Positions 28,477-37,463 of a stretch of 64,000 nt of DNA are shown one piece after another. How positions within the stretch are numbered: position 1 is the first letter of the stretch; each line of letters opens with the position of its first letter. Under the pieces are notes generated by a model. That model was not told where the DNA came from. It worked only from the letters and a program-made list of their open reading frames with translations, and searched no databases. This DNA is from Candidatus Daviesbacteria bacterium (lineage in GTDB: Bacteria; Patescibacteriota; Microgenomatia; Daviesbacterales; UBA10151), in the NCBI GenBank assembly GCA_016187025.1, contig JACPKM010000004.1, positions 163,637 through 227,636 on the forward strand, written 5' to 3'. The translations under genes and the position numbers were made by a program.

Positions 28477-29070
28477 ATGTTTAGCGGAATCATAGAGAAA
28501 AAAACTAAAGCAATAGAGCTGAATAAAAACAAAAACAGCATAATATTAACTTTTGCTAGGCCTAAAAAATGGAGGCTTTCAGAAGGGGAGAGTATATGTA
28601 TAGATGGTATTTGCTCAACAGTGAGTAAGATCACCTCAGATACTTTTTCTGTTTATTATATGAGTGAGACACTGAGTAAAACTCATTTAATATTTGTTGA
28701 CGGTAGTCATGAATTTAATTTGGAACAGAGCTTAAGGTTAACTAGTTTAGTGGGCGGGCATCTTGTTTCCGGTCATATAGATACTGTAGGTAAGGTTGTG
28801 AATATTAGTAAAAAGGAAGACTCATCTGTTGTAAAGATTGAAATTCCTCCAGAGTTTTCAAGATACATTATTTATAAAGGATCTATCTGTGTAAATGGTG
28901 TTAGTTTAACTGTAGTTAATATAGACAAAAACGTATTTACGGTTTCACTGATTCCTTATACATTAGCTAAAACTAATTTAGGATCTCTTAAAGTAGAGGA
29001 TTTAGTGAATATTGAAGTTGATTTACTAGCAAAATACCTGGAGAAATTAACTAAAACTGAGAAAAGATGA
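28477..29070 (+). CDS. ribE: Riboflavin synthase (alpha type)
   Basis: MFSGIIE N-terminus, GICST, GGHLVSGHID, KGSICVNGVSLT, VNIEVD. Confidence 0.92.
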   Translation: MFSGIIEKKTKAIELNKNKNSIILTFARPKKWRLSEGESICIDGICSTVSKITSDTFSVYYMSETLSKTHLIFVDGSHEFNLEQSLRLTSLVGGHLVSGHIDTVGKVVNISKKEDSSVVKIEIPPEFSRYIIYKGSICVNGVSLTVVNIDKNVFTVSLIPYTLAKTNLGSLKVEDLVNIEVDLLAKYLEKLTKTEKR

Positions 29071-30194
29071 AAAACAAAATTGGAATTGTAGGTGGTGGGC
29101 AACTGGGAAAAATGTTAACCCTTGAGGCTAAAAGATTAGGTTTTACAGTAGTGATCCTTGATCCAACTAGAAAAAGTCCTGCAGCTCAGGTATCAGATTA
29201 TCAACTAGTGGCAGATTTTAAAAATGAAAAAGCTATTAAACGGTTGGCTGAGCTTACAGATTACATAACTTTTGAAATAGAGCTTGCTAATGCAGATATT
29301 TTAAATGAAATTTCTAAACTAGGAGCAAAGGTTAATCCATCTGCAAAAACGTTAAATATTATTAAAGATAGGCTGAAACAAAAAGAGTTTCTTGTAAAAA
29401 ATAATATTCCAGTAGCGCCTTTTAGAAATGTCAACAACAGAGAAAATATTTTAGAATCAGCCAAAAAACTGGGATATCCGATTTTATTAAAGGCCCGGCT
29501 GGATGCATATGATGGTAGAGGAAATGTATTAATAAAAGACGAAAAAGAAATTGATGATGCTTTAGAAAAGTTGGTGGATAGAGAACTTTTCTTAGAAGGG
29601 TTTGTTTCATTTAAGAAAGAGCTTGCTGTGATGATTGCAAGAAGCTCAAAAGGTGAAATAGCTGTGTATCCAGTAGTGGAAACAGTTCACAAAAATAGTA
29701 TTTGTCATACGGTTTTTGCACCAGCTCCTGTTGATACTGCTATACAAAAAAAAGCAAAAAATCTAGCAATAAAGGTTATAAAGGTTTTAAAGGGTGCAGG
29801 GGTCTTTGGAATTGAAATGTTTTTGACTAAAGATAATAAAGTATTGGTAAATGAAATAGCTCCAAGAGTCCATAATTCAGGTCATTACTCAATTGAGGCT
29901 TGTTTAACTTCTCAATTTGAACAACATATACGGGCAATAACAGGACTACCTTTAGGAAGAACTGACATGGTTGTTTCTGCTGCTGTAATGATAAATATTT
30001 TAGGTGAAAGACATGGGCAATCAGAATTAAAGGGTTTAGAAAAAGCCTTAAAGCTGCCTAATGTTTCTGTACATATATATGGCAAGACTGAGACAAGGAT
30101 AGAAAGAAAAATGGGTCATATTACTGCTATTGATTCCTCTTTAAAGAAAGCGTATAACAAGGCATTAATAGCAAGAAAACTGATTTCAATTTAA
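29067..30194 (+). CDS. purK: N5-CAIR synthase
   Basis: [34 protein letters not shown]. Confidence 0.96.
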   Translation: MKNKIGIVGGGQLGKMLTLEAKRLGFTVVILDPTRKSPAAQVSDYQLVADFKNEKAIKRLAELTDYITFEIELANADILNEISKLGAKVNPSAKTLNIIKDRLKQKEFLVKNNIPVAPFRNVNNRENILESAKKLGYPILLKARLDAYDGRGNVLIKDEKEIDDALEKLVDRELFLEGFVSFKKELAVMIARSSKGEIAVYPVVETVHKNSICHTVFAPAPVDTAIQKKAKNLAIKVIKVLKGAGVFGIEMFLTKDNKVLVNEIAPRVHNSGHYSIEACLTSQFEQHIRAITGLPLGRTDMVVSAAVMINILGERHGQSELKGLEKALKLPNVSVHIYGKTETRIERKMGHITAIDSSLKKAYNKALIARKLISI

Positions 30195-30718
30195 TGAAGA
30201 GCGCGAATCCTTTAGTTGGCATTATTATGGGATCTGATTCAGATTTGTCAGTTATGTCTGAGGCAGCCAAGATACTGGATGAGTTTAATATTCCTTATGA
30301 GCTGATGATAGTATCTGCACACCGTACTCCAGATAGGATGTATACATTCGCAAAGCAAGCACAAAGCAGAGGAGTGAAGGTAATCATTGCAGGAGCAGGT
30401 GGCTCTGCACATCTGCCTGGAATGACAGCTTCGCTTACTTCACTTCCTGTAATTGGTGTTCCTATTCAAACAAAAACACTTTCTGGCATAGATTCGCTTT
30501 ATTCTATTGTACAAATGCCTCCTGGAGTTCCTGTTGCTACTGTTGGAATAAATGCTGCTTTAAATGCCGGGCTTTTGTCAGTAAAAATTTTGGCAATATA
30601 TGATGAAAAGCTATTAAAAAAGCTTGAAGAATACTCAAAATCCTCAGAAAGCTCGGTTGTTGCAAAATCCTCTAAACTAGAAAAAATTGGTTTTGAAAAA
30701 TATTTAAAAGCAAAATAA
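30194..30718 (+). CDS. purE: N5-CAIR mutase
   Basis: [37 protein letters not shown]. Confidence 0.97.
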   Translation: MKSANPLVGIIMGSDSDLSVMSEAAKILDEFNIPYELMIVSAHRTPDRMYTFAKQAQSRGVKVIIAGAGGSAHLPGMTASLTSLPVIGVPIQTKTLSGIDSLYSIVQMPPGVPVATVGINAALNAGLLSVKILAIYDEKLLKKLEEYSKSSESSVVAKSSKLEKIGFEKYLKAK

Positions 30719-31701
30719 TGGTTCAAGCAAAAATAATTCTTTCTGCTTTGCCGAAAGTATTAAAAGAAGTTGATATTCCAGGTTTGGGAAAAAAGTATCA
30801 AGGTAAAGTAAGAGATTATTATATTCTCAACTCAGAACGAATAATTATTACTACAGACCGGCAATCTGCCTTTGATGTGATATTGGGATGCATTCCATTT
30901 AAAGGTGCAGTATTAAACCAGCTTGCTGCTTTCTGGTTTAATAAAACAAAAAAAATTATCCCAAATCATTTAATTTCCGTTCCGGATCCGAATGTTTCTC
31001 TTGTTAAAAGCTGCACTGGAATTCCGATAGAAATGATAGTTAGGGGATATATTTCTGGTGTGACAAATACCTCAATTTGGGGCTCATACCAGAAAGGAGA
31101 GAGGATGATTTACGGGGTTAAGTTTCCCGATGGCTTAAGAAAGAATCAAAAGTTAAGAGACCCTGTTATTACTCCGACAACTCATGGGGGTGGTAAAAAT
31201 GGACATGACGAAAGATTAACCAGAAAAGAAATTTTAGAAAGGAAGCTTATCTCACCTAAACTCTACAAGCAAATGGAGGAAACAAGCCTCGAGCTTTTTA
31301 AGTTTGGGTCAAAACTGTGTGCAAAGCAGGGACTTATTTTAGTTGATACGAAATACGAGTTTGGACTGGATGAAAACAGCAACCTGATGTTGATGGATGA
31401 AATGCACACTCCAGATTCCTCAAGGTTTTGGATAGAGAAAACTTACAAGGATAGATTTGCAAAAGGTATAGAACCGGAAAACTTTGATAAAGAGTTTTTA
31501 CGGCTTTGGTATGCCCAAAGGGGATATAAAGGAGATGGCAATCCTCCCAAAATGAGCAAAGACTTAATTGTGGCCTTGGCTGAAAGATATATAGCAGTTT
31601 ATGCAAAGTTAACAGATAAAAAGTTTAAACTTTTTAAATATCCTATTGAAAAAAGAATAGAAAAAAACCTTCGTCCCATTATTAAGACCTATAGTAAATG
31701 A
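30718..31701 (+). CDS. purC: SAICAR synthetase
   Basis: GKVRD, TDRQSAFD, VDTKYEFG, DEMHTPDSSRFW, DKEFLR. Confidence 0.96.
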   Translation: MVQAKIILSALPKVLKEVDIPGLGKKYQGKVRDYYILNSERIIITTDRQSAFDVILGCIPFKGAVLNQLAAFWFNKTKKIIPNHLISVPDPNVSLVKSCTGIPIEMIVRGYISGVTNTSIWGSYQKGERMIYGVKFPDGLRKNQKLRDPVITPTTHGGGKNGHDERLTRKEILERKLISPKLYKQMEETSLELFKFGSKLCAKQGLILVDTKYEFGLDENSNLMLMDEMHTPDSSRFWIEKTYKDRFAKGIEPENFDKEFLRLWYAQRGYKGDGNPPKMSKDLIVALAERYIAVYAKLTDKKFKLFKYPIEKRIEKNLRPIIKTYSK

Positions 31702-31746
31702 CTAATCTTTCCTAATTGTATTAAAAGATGTAAGATAGGTTTTCGT

Positions 31747-32277
31747 ATGACTATACTAGGTATTGACCCAGGTACAGCTACAACAGGGTTTGGGGTAATA
31801 AAGATACCTGATGACATTATCGGCAGAGAATTTGATTACGGAATAGAACTTATAAACTACGGTAATATCAGTACTCCAAAAGACCGCTTAATGCAAGATA
31901 GGTTACTGATGATACATAGGCAGTTAAATGAAGTGATTGAAAAATATAAACCAGATGCAATTGCTTTGGAGATGCTATTTTTTGGGGCTAATTCCAGAAC
32001 CGCAATATCGGTAGGGCAAGCAAGGGGAGTTGCGCTACTTTGCGCTGCAGAACATAGAATTCCTTTACAAGATTATACTGGGTTACAAGTAAAGCTTATG
32101 GTTGCAGGAGGGGGTAGAGCTGATAAAAAGCAAGTACAAGAAGCAGTAAGAAAATGGCTAGGAAAAAATGGAGAAAAGCGTGCACAATTTGGAAAACTAA
32201 AAGGCGGACATTTAGATGATGCAATAGATGCAGTTGCGATAGCTATCTGTCATGTGCTAAAACTAGCAGCAAAGTAA
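31747..32277 (+). CDS. ruvC: Holliday junction resolvase RuvC
   Basis: ILGIDPG, ALEMLFF, GQARGV, GRADKKQV, DDAIDAVAIAICH. Confidence 0.95.
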   Translation: MTILGIDPGTATTGFGVIKIPDDIIGREFDYGIELINYGNISTPKDRLMQDRLLMIHRQLNEVIEKYKPDAIALEMLFFGANSRTAISVGQARGVALLCAAEHRIPLQDYTGLQVKLMVAGGGRADKKQVQEAVRKWLGKNGEKRAQFGKLKGGHLDDAIDAVAIAICHVLKLAAK

Positions 32278-32286
32278 GGTCCTGTA

Positions 32287-33081
32287 ATGACAAACTTTCA
32301 ATTGTTTATTCTAAACAAAAGACAAAAAATCATCATAGCATCTGCTATCTTAACCCTTGGTTTGCTTTCTACCCAGTTGGTTGATTTTAATCTGCGATTT
32401 AAGTTTATGGCAGGGCTTGGTGTAGCTGCCTATCTTCTATCACTATGGGCTTTGTGGGAGGGAATTAATAAAACTAAAGCCATGACTTTGATGATTTTAC
32501 CGGTCTTTTTTACCTTAGCTGTTGCAAGCTTTTATTTTCTGCTTCCTATCAGATGGTTAACCAGGCTACCAGTAGCTTTATTCTTTGGATTTATGTTTTA
32601 TTTGCTACTACTTGCTCAAAATGTATTTAACGTTGCCTCAATTAGAACCATACCTTTATATAGAGCTGCCTCAACGGCAGCTTTTCTTTTTACTCTTTTA
32701 TCTGCATTCTTCTTATATAACGTTATATATGCTTTTAATATGATGTTTTTAATTAATGGTTTAGCAGTGTTTTTACTGAGTTTTCCGCTTATTTTGCAGG
32801 TATTGTGGTCTTTGGAGATGGAAGAAAAGATTTCAGCTTCGATAACCATTCAAAGCTTTATATTAAGTCTAATCTTGGCAGAGTTAGCAGTTGTATTATC
32901 ATTTTGGCCTTTGGTGACAACAATATGGTCATTAACTCTGTCATCGGCAATGTATGTATTGTTAGGCTTGGCAACTCATATGTTAAGAGCAAGAATCAGT
33001 AGGAGAGCGGTGGGAGAGTACCTGATAATAGGGGCCCTAGTTTTAGTATTTGCCTTTTTTACTACTTCCTGGTCTGGTTAA
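32287..33081 (+). CDS. Polytopic membrane protein of unknown function
   Basis: About 9 hydrophobic segments; NVFNVASIRTIPLYRAA segment. Confidence 0.75.
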   Translation: MTNFQLFILNKRQKIIIASAILTLGLLSTQLVDFNLRFKFMAGLGVAAYLLSLWALWEGINKTKAMTLMILPVFFTLAVASFYFLLPIRWLTRLPVALFFGFMFYLLLLAQNVFNVASIRTIPLYRAASTAAFLFTLLSAFFLYNVIYAFNMMFLINGLAVFLLSFPLILQVLWSLEMEEKISASITIQSFILSLILAELAVVLSFWPLVTTIWSLTLSSAMYVLLGLATHMLRARISRRAVGEYLIIGALVLVFAFFTTSWSG

Positions 33082-33086
33082 TGAAC

Positions 33087-33177
33087 TACCCCGCAGCAGA
33101 GCTGCGAGGTATCGCAAGCGAAAGTTCTTGTTACCAAGTTGTAACCGCGCAGTAAACTGCTCGGTATTATGTAACAA
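33087..33177. repeat. Pair of related imperfect palindromes (REP-like or IS200/IS605-end-like)
   Basis: TACCCCGCAGC-AGA-GCTGCGAGGTA (33087-33111) and ACCGCGCAG-TAAA-CTGCTCGGT (33144-33165), both ending in GGTAT. Confidence 0.55.
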
Positions 33178-33514
33178 TAAATACTTTTTTAGCTTCAAAG
33201 AAAAAATTTACAAACAATCTAACGATAGAGGAGTAGGGTGTGAAAATTCAGTAAGAATATCGTGAAAATAAAATACTATGAGACTTTCGCGTACCAAGAA
33301 ACTTTTTACTCCTGTGTGGATAACTTATTGCTTAAAAATTTGCACTAGATTGATATAGTTGCTAATTGCAGGCCCCGCTCCCCGGAGGAGAGGGCTAATA
33401 ATACTTCCTAATTTACACTAACCTAAAAGGAAAGAAGCTTGTAAGCTTTGTTATTTTGGTCTTTTCCTGAAATATACTCCTTTCTGCTAGGCCACCCAGA
33501 CTTACCTATATATT

Positions 33515-33544
33515 AACGTCGTACAATGTATCTTATACGACGTT
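33515..33544. other. Palindromic dif-like (Xer) recombination site
   Basis: AACGTCGTACAA-TGTATC-TTATACGACGTT: inverted arms with one mismatch around a 6-bp spacer, right arm starting TTAT as in dif; xer gene 4.7 kb away. Confidence 0.6.
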
Positions 33545-33748
33545 CAGAAAGGATTTGCCAGAGGAGAGGTTATGTGGTTAAGCTAAGAGTTACTAATGCA
33601 AAATTTAAAATTTTTAACATGTATTTTTAATGCCTAATTTTAGCTGCAATTCTTCCATTTTTTTACTGATGATTTTTTTACAATGTCCGCTTTTTTACTA
33701 AATATCTTAGTTTTTACTTTGGCGCTCTATAGAGCGCTAAACTTGGAT

Positions 33749-33845
33749 GATGGTAGATACTGCTAGTCCCCTAATCAACCGTTTTTGAGGCCTTTACGGG
33801 CTTCGTGCCTGAGAGGTCTCTTGATGTCGGACAATATTAACCATC
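33749..33845 (+). ncRNA. Putative rod-shaped structured RNA, family unassigned
   Basis: Nested helices GATGGT/ACCATC, GTCC/GGAC, ATCAA/TTGAT, GAGGCCTTT/AGAGGTCTC and CGGGC/GCCTG; G-U pairs favour the + strand. Confidence 0.4.
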
Positions 33846-33888
33846 TATTGACAAACTACTATTAAAAGTGTCAATCTGAAGTCAAGCT

Positions 33889-36735
33889 ATGTTTGACAAT
33901 CTAAGAGATAGTTTTTCAAAGAAAAACCTAATTAATCTATTGCTTCTTGGTATTTTAGTTCTGGCTGTTCCCCTATCTGTGGATCTGGTAAGACGCCAAC
34001 AGGTATTTAAGTCATTTGCACTGGGTGAATCAATAGAGCTTTTGTCCAATAAGTGCGTAAAAACAAGAGATGGAAAGCAAGTAGTTGTTTGCCCGGAGAT
34101 ATCCTTTAAGATTACTCCTCCCAGGGAATTTTTAGCAAGCAATAATTCCCTAAGTAAAAGTTTAGCCTTAAATCAAAGTATTCTTGGCACGGTTTATGCT
34201 GGCCATCCGGAAGGGACAGAAGGATGGTATTGTGCAGATAATCAGATTTGGCATGATAAAGCTGATGGAAACCATGAGTTCTGGGAAGATTGTGGGTCAG
34301 ACAAGGAGTGTGTTAGTATTTCTCCTCCACCTGGTTATTCTCAAGACGCAGAGTGTCGAATAAGGCAACAAGAACCAGAGCAGCAAGAATCTCAGCCACG
34401 AGAGCCTCAATGTGAATGGAGAGATTTACGAAACGAATGCACAGCCTGTAATGAGGCAAGAAAAATAGAAAAAAAAGTTTGTGATGGAAATGACACCGGA
34501 GAAACAAGAATTGCCCAAGAAGGTGTAAGCGATTCTGGATGTAGTAGCTGGTGTTCAAATCAACCAGAGCAAGAGCAGCAGCCAAGTGGAGGTACAGGTC
34601 CGCAGTGGTGTTCTGGGTATGTGCAAGACTGCTGGGAAGATGTAAATGGAGATGGTATTGAGGAAAGAGGTACTCAATGGTGCTCTGGAGGGGTAAATGA
34701 GGGAGGAAACTGCGCTTGGGATCCTCAAGTCACTACTTGTGGTGTTTGCGAAATAATAGACACTTCCTCTGGACAGACCTACTCACCAGGAGGCCAGTCA
34801 CAGCAGCAATGTAACGGTGATGTAACTGTTGATACTCTCGCTCCGACAGGAGTGGATTATTTAGTTAGCGAAAAAATCGTTACTAATGAAAAAGATGGTA
34901 CAAGATATAAGGCCTACACTACAGAAGACAAACGAAATAATAAAACTTGTGGTTATGAATATTTCCAATATATTTCCACTCTGAGCGATGGCAAATACTG
35001 TGCAAATTACGTTTTTGGCCCGTGGGATAATCAGCAGGTTTGTAAAGATGTTGCTGTTCCTCCGGCTCCAGATTCATCAGGTTGTACCACTGGTTCTGCA
35101 GGATCTATTACCCAACAACAGGCAGAGTGTGTAATTGGAAAAAGAAGTGATTTACTTTCATTTTTTAGAAATAATGGTTGGTGTACTGATAAGAAAGAAA
35201 ATTATCAGGGAATAGTTAATAACTGGATGGGTATAAATACCCAGAATGATAAAGATCAAGTTGCAAGCTGCCTAGGGTCAACACCATCTTCTTGCACAAC
35301 AGGGTCTGCAGGAACAGTTACTCTAGAACAGGCAAAATGTGTGTTAGGCAAAAGAAGTGATATTTTAACTTTTTACAGATCTAATAGTTGGTGTACTGAT
35401 AAAGAGGACAACTACCCAGGAATTATAAACAACTGGATGGGTATTAACAACCAAAATGATAAAAATCAGGTTGCAAGCTGCTTTAGTCAACCCTCATCTA
35501 CTTGTTCCATCAAGTTACAAAGGAGCGGTACTTCCGGTTGGAGCCAAGCACTTACTGTAAAAGTGAACGATCGAGTTAAAATAGCTGCTTTAAACTCATT
35601 AGATCAAGCTATCCCGGGCGTAAATCTTAGTGTTTCCGGTCCAAATAATTTCTCAAGAAGCTTGTCAAATCAGCAAGAATTGACGCTTTCTACGCAAGGG
35701 ACATATAGTATAACTGCCAGAGGTGGTAGTTGTGACAGCGCCAGTGCTGCAACGCTGACTGTTTCTCCTTCAGACCAGTCAGATACTCAAATTGAGTTTA
35801 GAATTGCAGAAGAAAGAGCGGATTTAAGCAAGCAAAACTTTATTAAAATTCCTGCTGGCCGACAACATGAAGTGATAAACCATACTTTAGCCAACACAAC
35901 TCCTGGTAAAAAGTTTATGTGGGTAGAGTTTAAAAAAGGCGACCAGTTTTCCTCCCCTATCTCTGCCGAAATAGAATATGTTGGACCTGCGCCTCAAATT
36001 GACACTTTGTCATGTAATCTAGATATAGCTGGTAAGGGTTTGGTGTTTGAAATAGAGGGTAATAACTTTAGTGCAAATCAAGGTCGTTTAACTGCAAATA
36101 ATACACAAGTTACAATTACTGAATGGATTCATAATAAGATTAAAGGTAATATAGAAAATCCTTCCTTCTCCCCTACTGCCGGGCAATCTTATCAAGTAGT
36201 TGTTACTAGAAACGATGGTGAGAGTTTCCAGCAAAACTGTCTAATTGGTATTTCGCAAATTATTCTTGGAGTAAAACCTGTTTGTGTAGCCCCCAACAGA
36301 AACATTGCCAATGTGGAAGTAGCCATTAAAGAGGCAAGTGCAAGTGGAAATGCAGTACGGGAAACAGTTGAAATAGATAAAGAGGGAGTTATTAAAAACT
36401 TAAAGACTAAACTACAAGGCCCAACCGATGGAAAGCCCGGTAAAAGATATAAAATATCTGTAAAAGCTCCTCAATACCTAAGACGTCATGGTTTATTTAC
36501 TGCAGCTAGCGGTACAACAGTTCTACCTGGCCTTAGTTTACCATGGGGGGATATCTGTCCTACCAGCGGAGATGGTATTATAAATAGTATAGATAAGTCT
36601 TGTCTCAACCAACAATGGGGTAAGGTTGCTTCGACAGCCAAGGTTTGCGACTGTAATGGCGATGGAGTTTGCAATGCTTTTGAATGGGGTTATATGAAAC
36701 TTAATTTTAACGATGTAAATGATGCTGAATTATAA
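33889..36735 (+). CDS. Large Cys-rich surface protein with tandem 70-aa repeats, Ig/IPT-like domains and a C-terminal dockerin
   Basis: N-terminal TM/signal; IEGNNFSANQG...EWIHNKI (IPT-like); duplicated Ca-loop motifs GDICPTSGDGIINSID and DCNGDGVCNAFE at the C-terminus. Confidence 0.8.
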   Translation: MFDNLRDSFSKKNLINLLLLGILVLAVPLSVDLVRRQQVFKSFALGESIELLSNKCVKTRDGKQVVVCPEISFKITPPREFLASNNSLSKSLALNQSILGTVYAGHPEGTEGWYCADNQIWHDKADGNHEFWEDCGSDKECVSISPPPGYSQDAECRIRQQEPEQQESQPREPQCEWRDLRNECTACNEARKIEKKVCDGNDTGETRIAQEGVSDSGCSSWCSNQPEQEQQPSGGTGPQWCSGYVQDCWEDVNGDGIEERGTQWCSGGVNEGGNCAWDPQVTTCGVCEIIDTSSGQTYSPGGQSQQQCNGDVTVDTLAPTGVDYLVSEKIVTNEKDGTRYKAYTTEDKRNNKTCGYEYFQYISTLSDGKYCANYVFGPWDNQQVCKDVAVPPAPDSSGCTTGSAGSITQQQAECVIGKRSDLLSFFRNNGWCTDKKENYQGIVNNWMGINTQNDKDQVASCLGSTPSSCTTGSAGTVTLEQAKCVLGKRSDILTFYRSNSWCTDKEDNYPGIINNWMGINNQNDKNQVASCFSQPSSTCSIKLQRSGTSGWSQALTVKVNDRVKIAALNSLDQAIPGVNLSVSGPNNFSRSLSNQQELTLSTQGTYSITARGGSCDSASAATLTVSPSDQSDTQIEFRIAEERADLSKQNFIKIPAGRQHEVINHTLANTTPGKKFMWVEFKKGDQFSSPISAEIEYVGPAPQIDTLSCNLDIAGKGLVFEIEGNNFSANQGRLTANNTQVTITEWIHNKIKGNIENPSFSPTAGQSYQVVVTRNDGESFQQNCLIGISQIILGVKPVCVAPNRNIANVEVAIKEASASGNAVRETVEIDKEGVIKNLKTKLQGPTDGKPGKRYKISVKAPQYLRRHGLFTAASGTTVLPGLSLPWGDICPTSGDGIINSIDKSCLNQQWGKVASTAKVCDCNGDGVCNAFEWGYMKLNFNDVNDAEL
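35083..35481 (+). repeat. Two tandem 210-bp (70-aa) coding repeats
   Basis: CTTGSAG...C..GKRSD...WCTDK..NY.GI.NNWMGIN.QNDK.QVASC occurs twice, starting at 35083 and 35293. Confidence 0.9.
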
Positions 36736-36826
36736 CGTAAACGTTACAAGAAGTTTACGATGTAATCTAAACGATTATAACGTAAACGTTACAAGAAGTT
36801 TACGATGTAATCTAAACGATTATAAC
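36729..36826. repeat. 45-bp perfect tandem repeat (2 copies plus 8 bp)
   Basis: ATTATAACGTAAACGTTACAAGAAGTTTACGATGTAATCTAAACG twice, then ATTATAAC; fills the whole intergenic space. Confidence 0.95.
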
Positions 36827-36827
36827 T

Positions 36828-37463
36828 ATGGATAGTCCTGCCAACAACCAATTAGTAAACAACACATATTTTGAGGGGTCAAAATCTAGATTCAGACTGT
36901 TTAGAATAAAGTTATGGCCTTTTGGGGTATATGCAGTATTGGGACTGGTTCTTCTGGTTGAAATTGTATTAGGTATACAACAGTTAATTAAACCTCCCCC
37001 CTCACTACAGCCCTCGCAGCCTATTTCAGGTGGTAAGATTGCCCTTGTATCCTCTGCAAAAGAATATAAGCTGGGAGATGAGGTAACAGTTTCTGTTAAA
37101 GTATCTACCTCAGGTAATCCGACATATGGGGTAGATTTAGTTGTTATTTACGATCCCAAGGTCCTTGAAGCAACCTCCAGTTCTTTTTTTGAAAAGGGCA
37201 CAATTTATTCAGAATACCCTTTAGCAAGCTTGGATACACAAAATGGAGTTATTAAGGTTTCAGGTATTGCTTCAGGCAATCAAAAAGGTTTTAATGGAAG
37301 TGGGACCCTTGCAAGTTTAAAGTTTAAGGCCAAATCAGCAGGCAATACAACACTGAAGGTAGATTATAAAAAAGATGCGACAAATGAAAGTAATATAATT
37401 GAATCAACTGAGGCCAAAGATATCTTAGACAAGACTTATGACCTGAAATTAACCGTTAAATGA
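36828..37463 (+). CDS. Cohesin-domain protein with N-terminal membrane anchor
   Basis: TM helix, Pro-rich linker, then GDEVTVSVKV...GVDLVVIYDPKVLE...GSGTLASLKFKAKSAGNTTL (cohesin pattern). Confidence 0.8.
   Translation: MDSPANNQLVNNTYFEGSKSRFRLFRIKLWPFGVYAVLGLVLLVEIVLGIQQLIKPPPSLQPSQPISGGKIALVSSAKEYKLGDEVTVSVKVSTSGNPTYGVDLVVIYDPKVLEATSSSFFEKGTIYSEYPLASLDTQNGVIKVSGIASGNQKGFNGSGTLASLKFKAKSAGNTTLKVDYKKDATNESNIIESTEAKDILDKTYDLKLTVK

Noticed and set aside
33050-33265. 71-aa ORF spanning the twin hairpins
   Set aside because: TTG start inside the upstream gene, runs through palindromes, no protein-like features
33315-33323. DnaA box TGTGGATAA suggesting oriC
   Set aside because: Only one perfect box was seen, and no dnaA or dnaN is nearby
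35848-35868. IPAGRQ peptide as another palindromic insert
   Set aside because: The underlying DNA (CCTGCTGGCCGACAA) is not palindromic
36729-36826. 45-bp repeats as a CRISPR array
   Set aside because: Copies are contiguous with no spacers, and no cas genes are in the window
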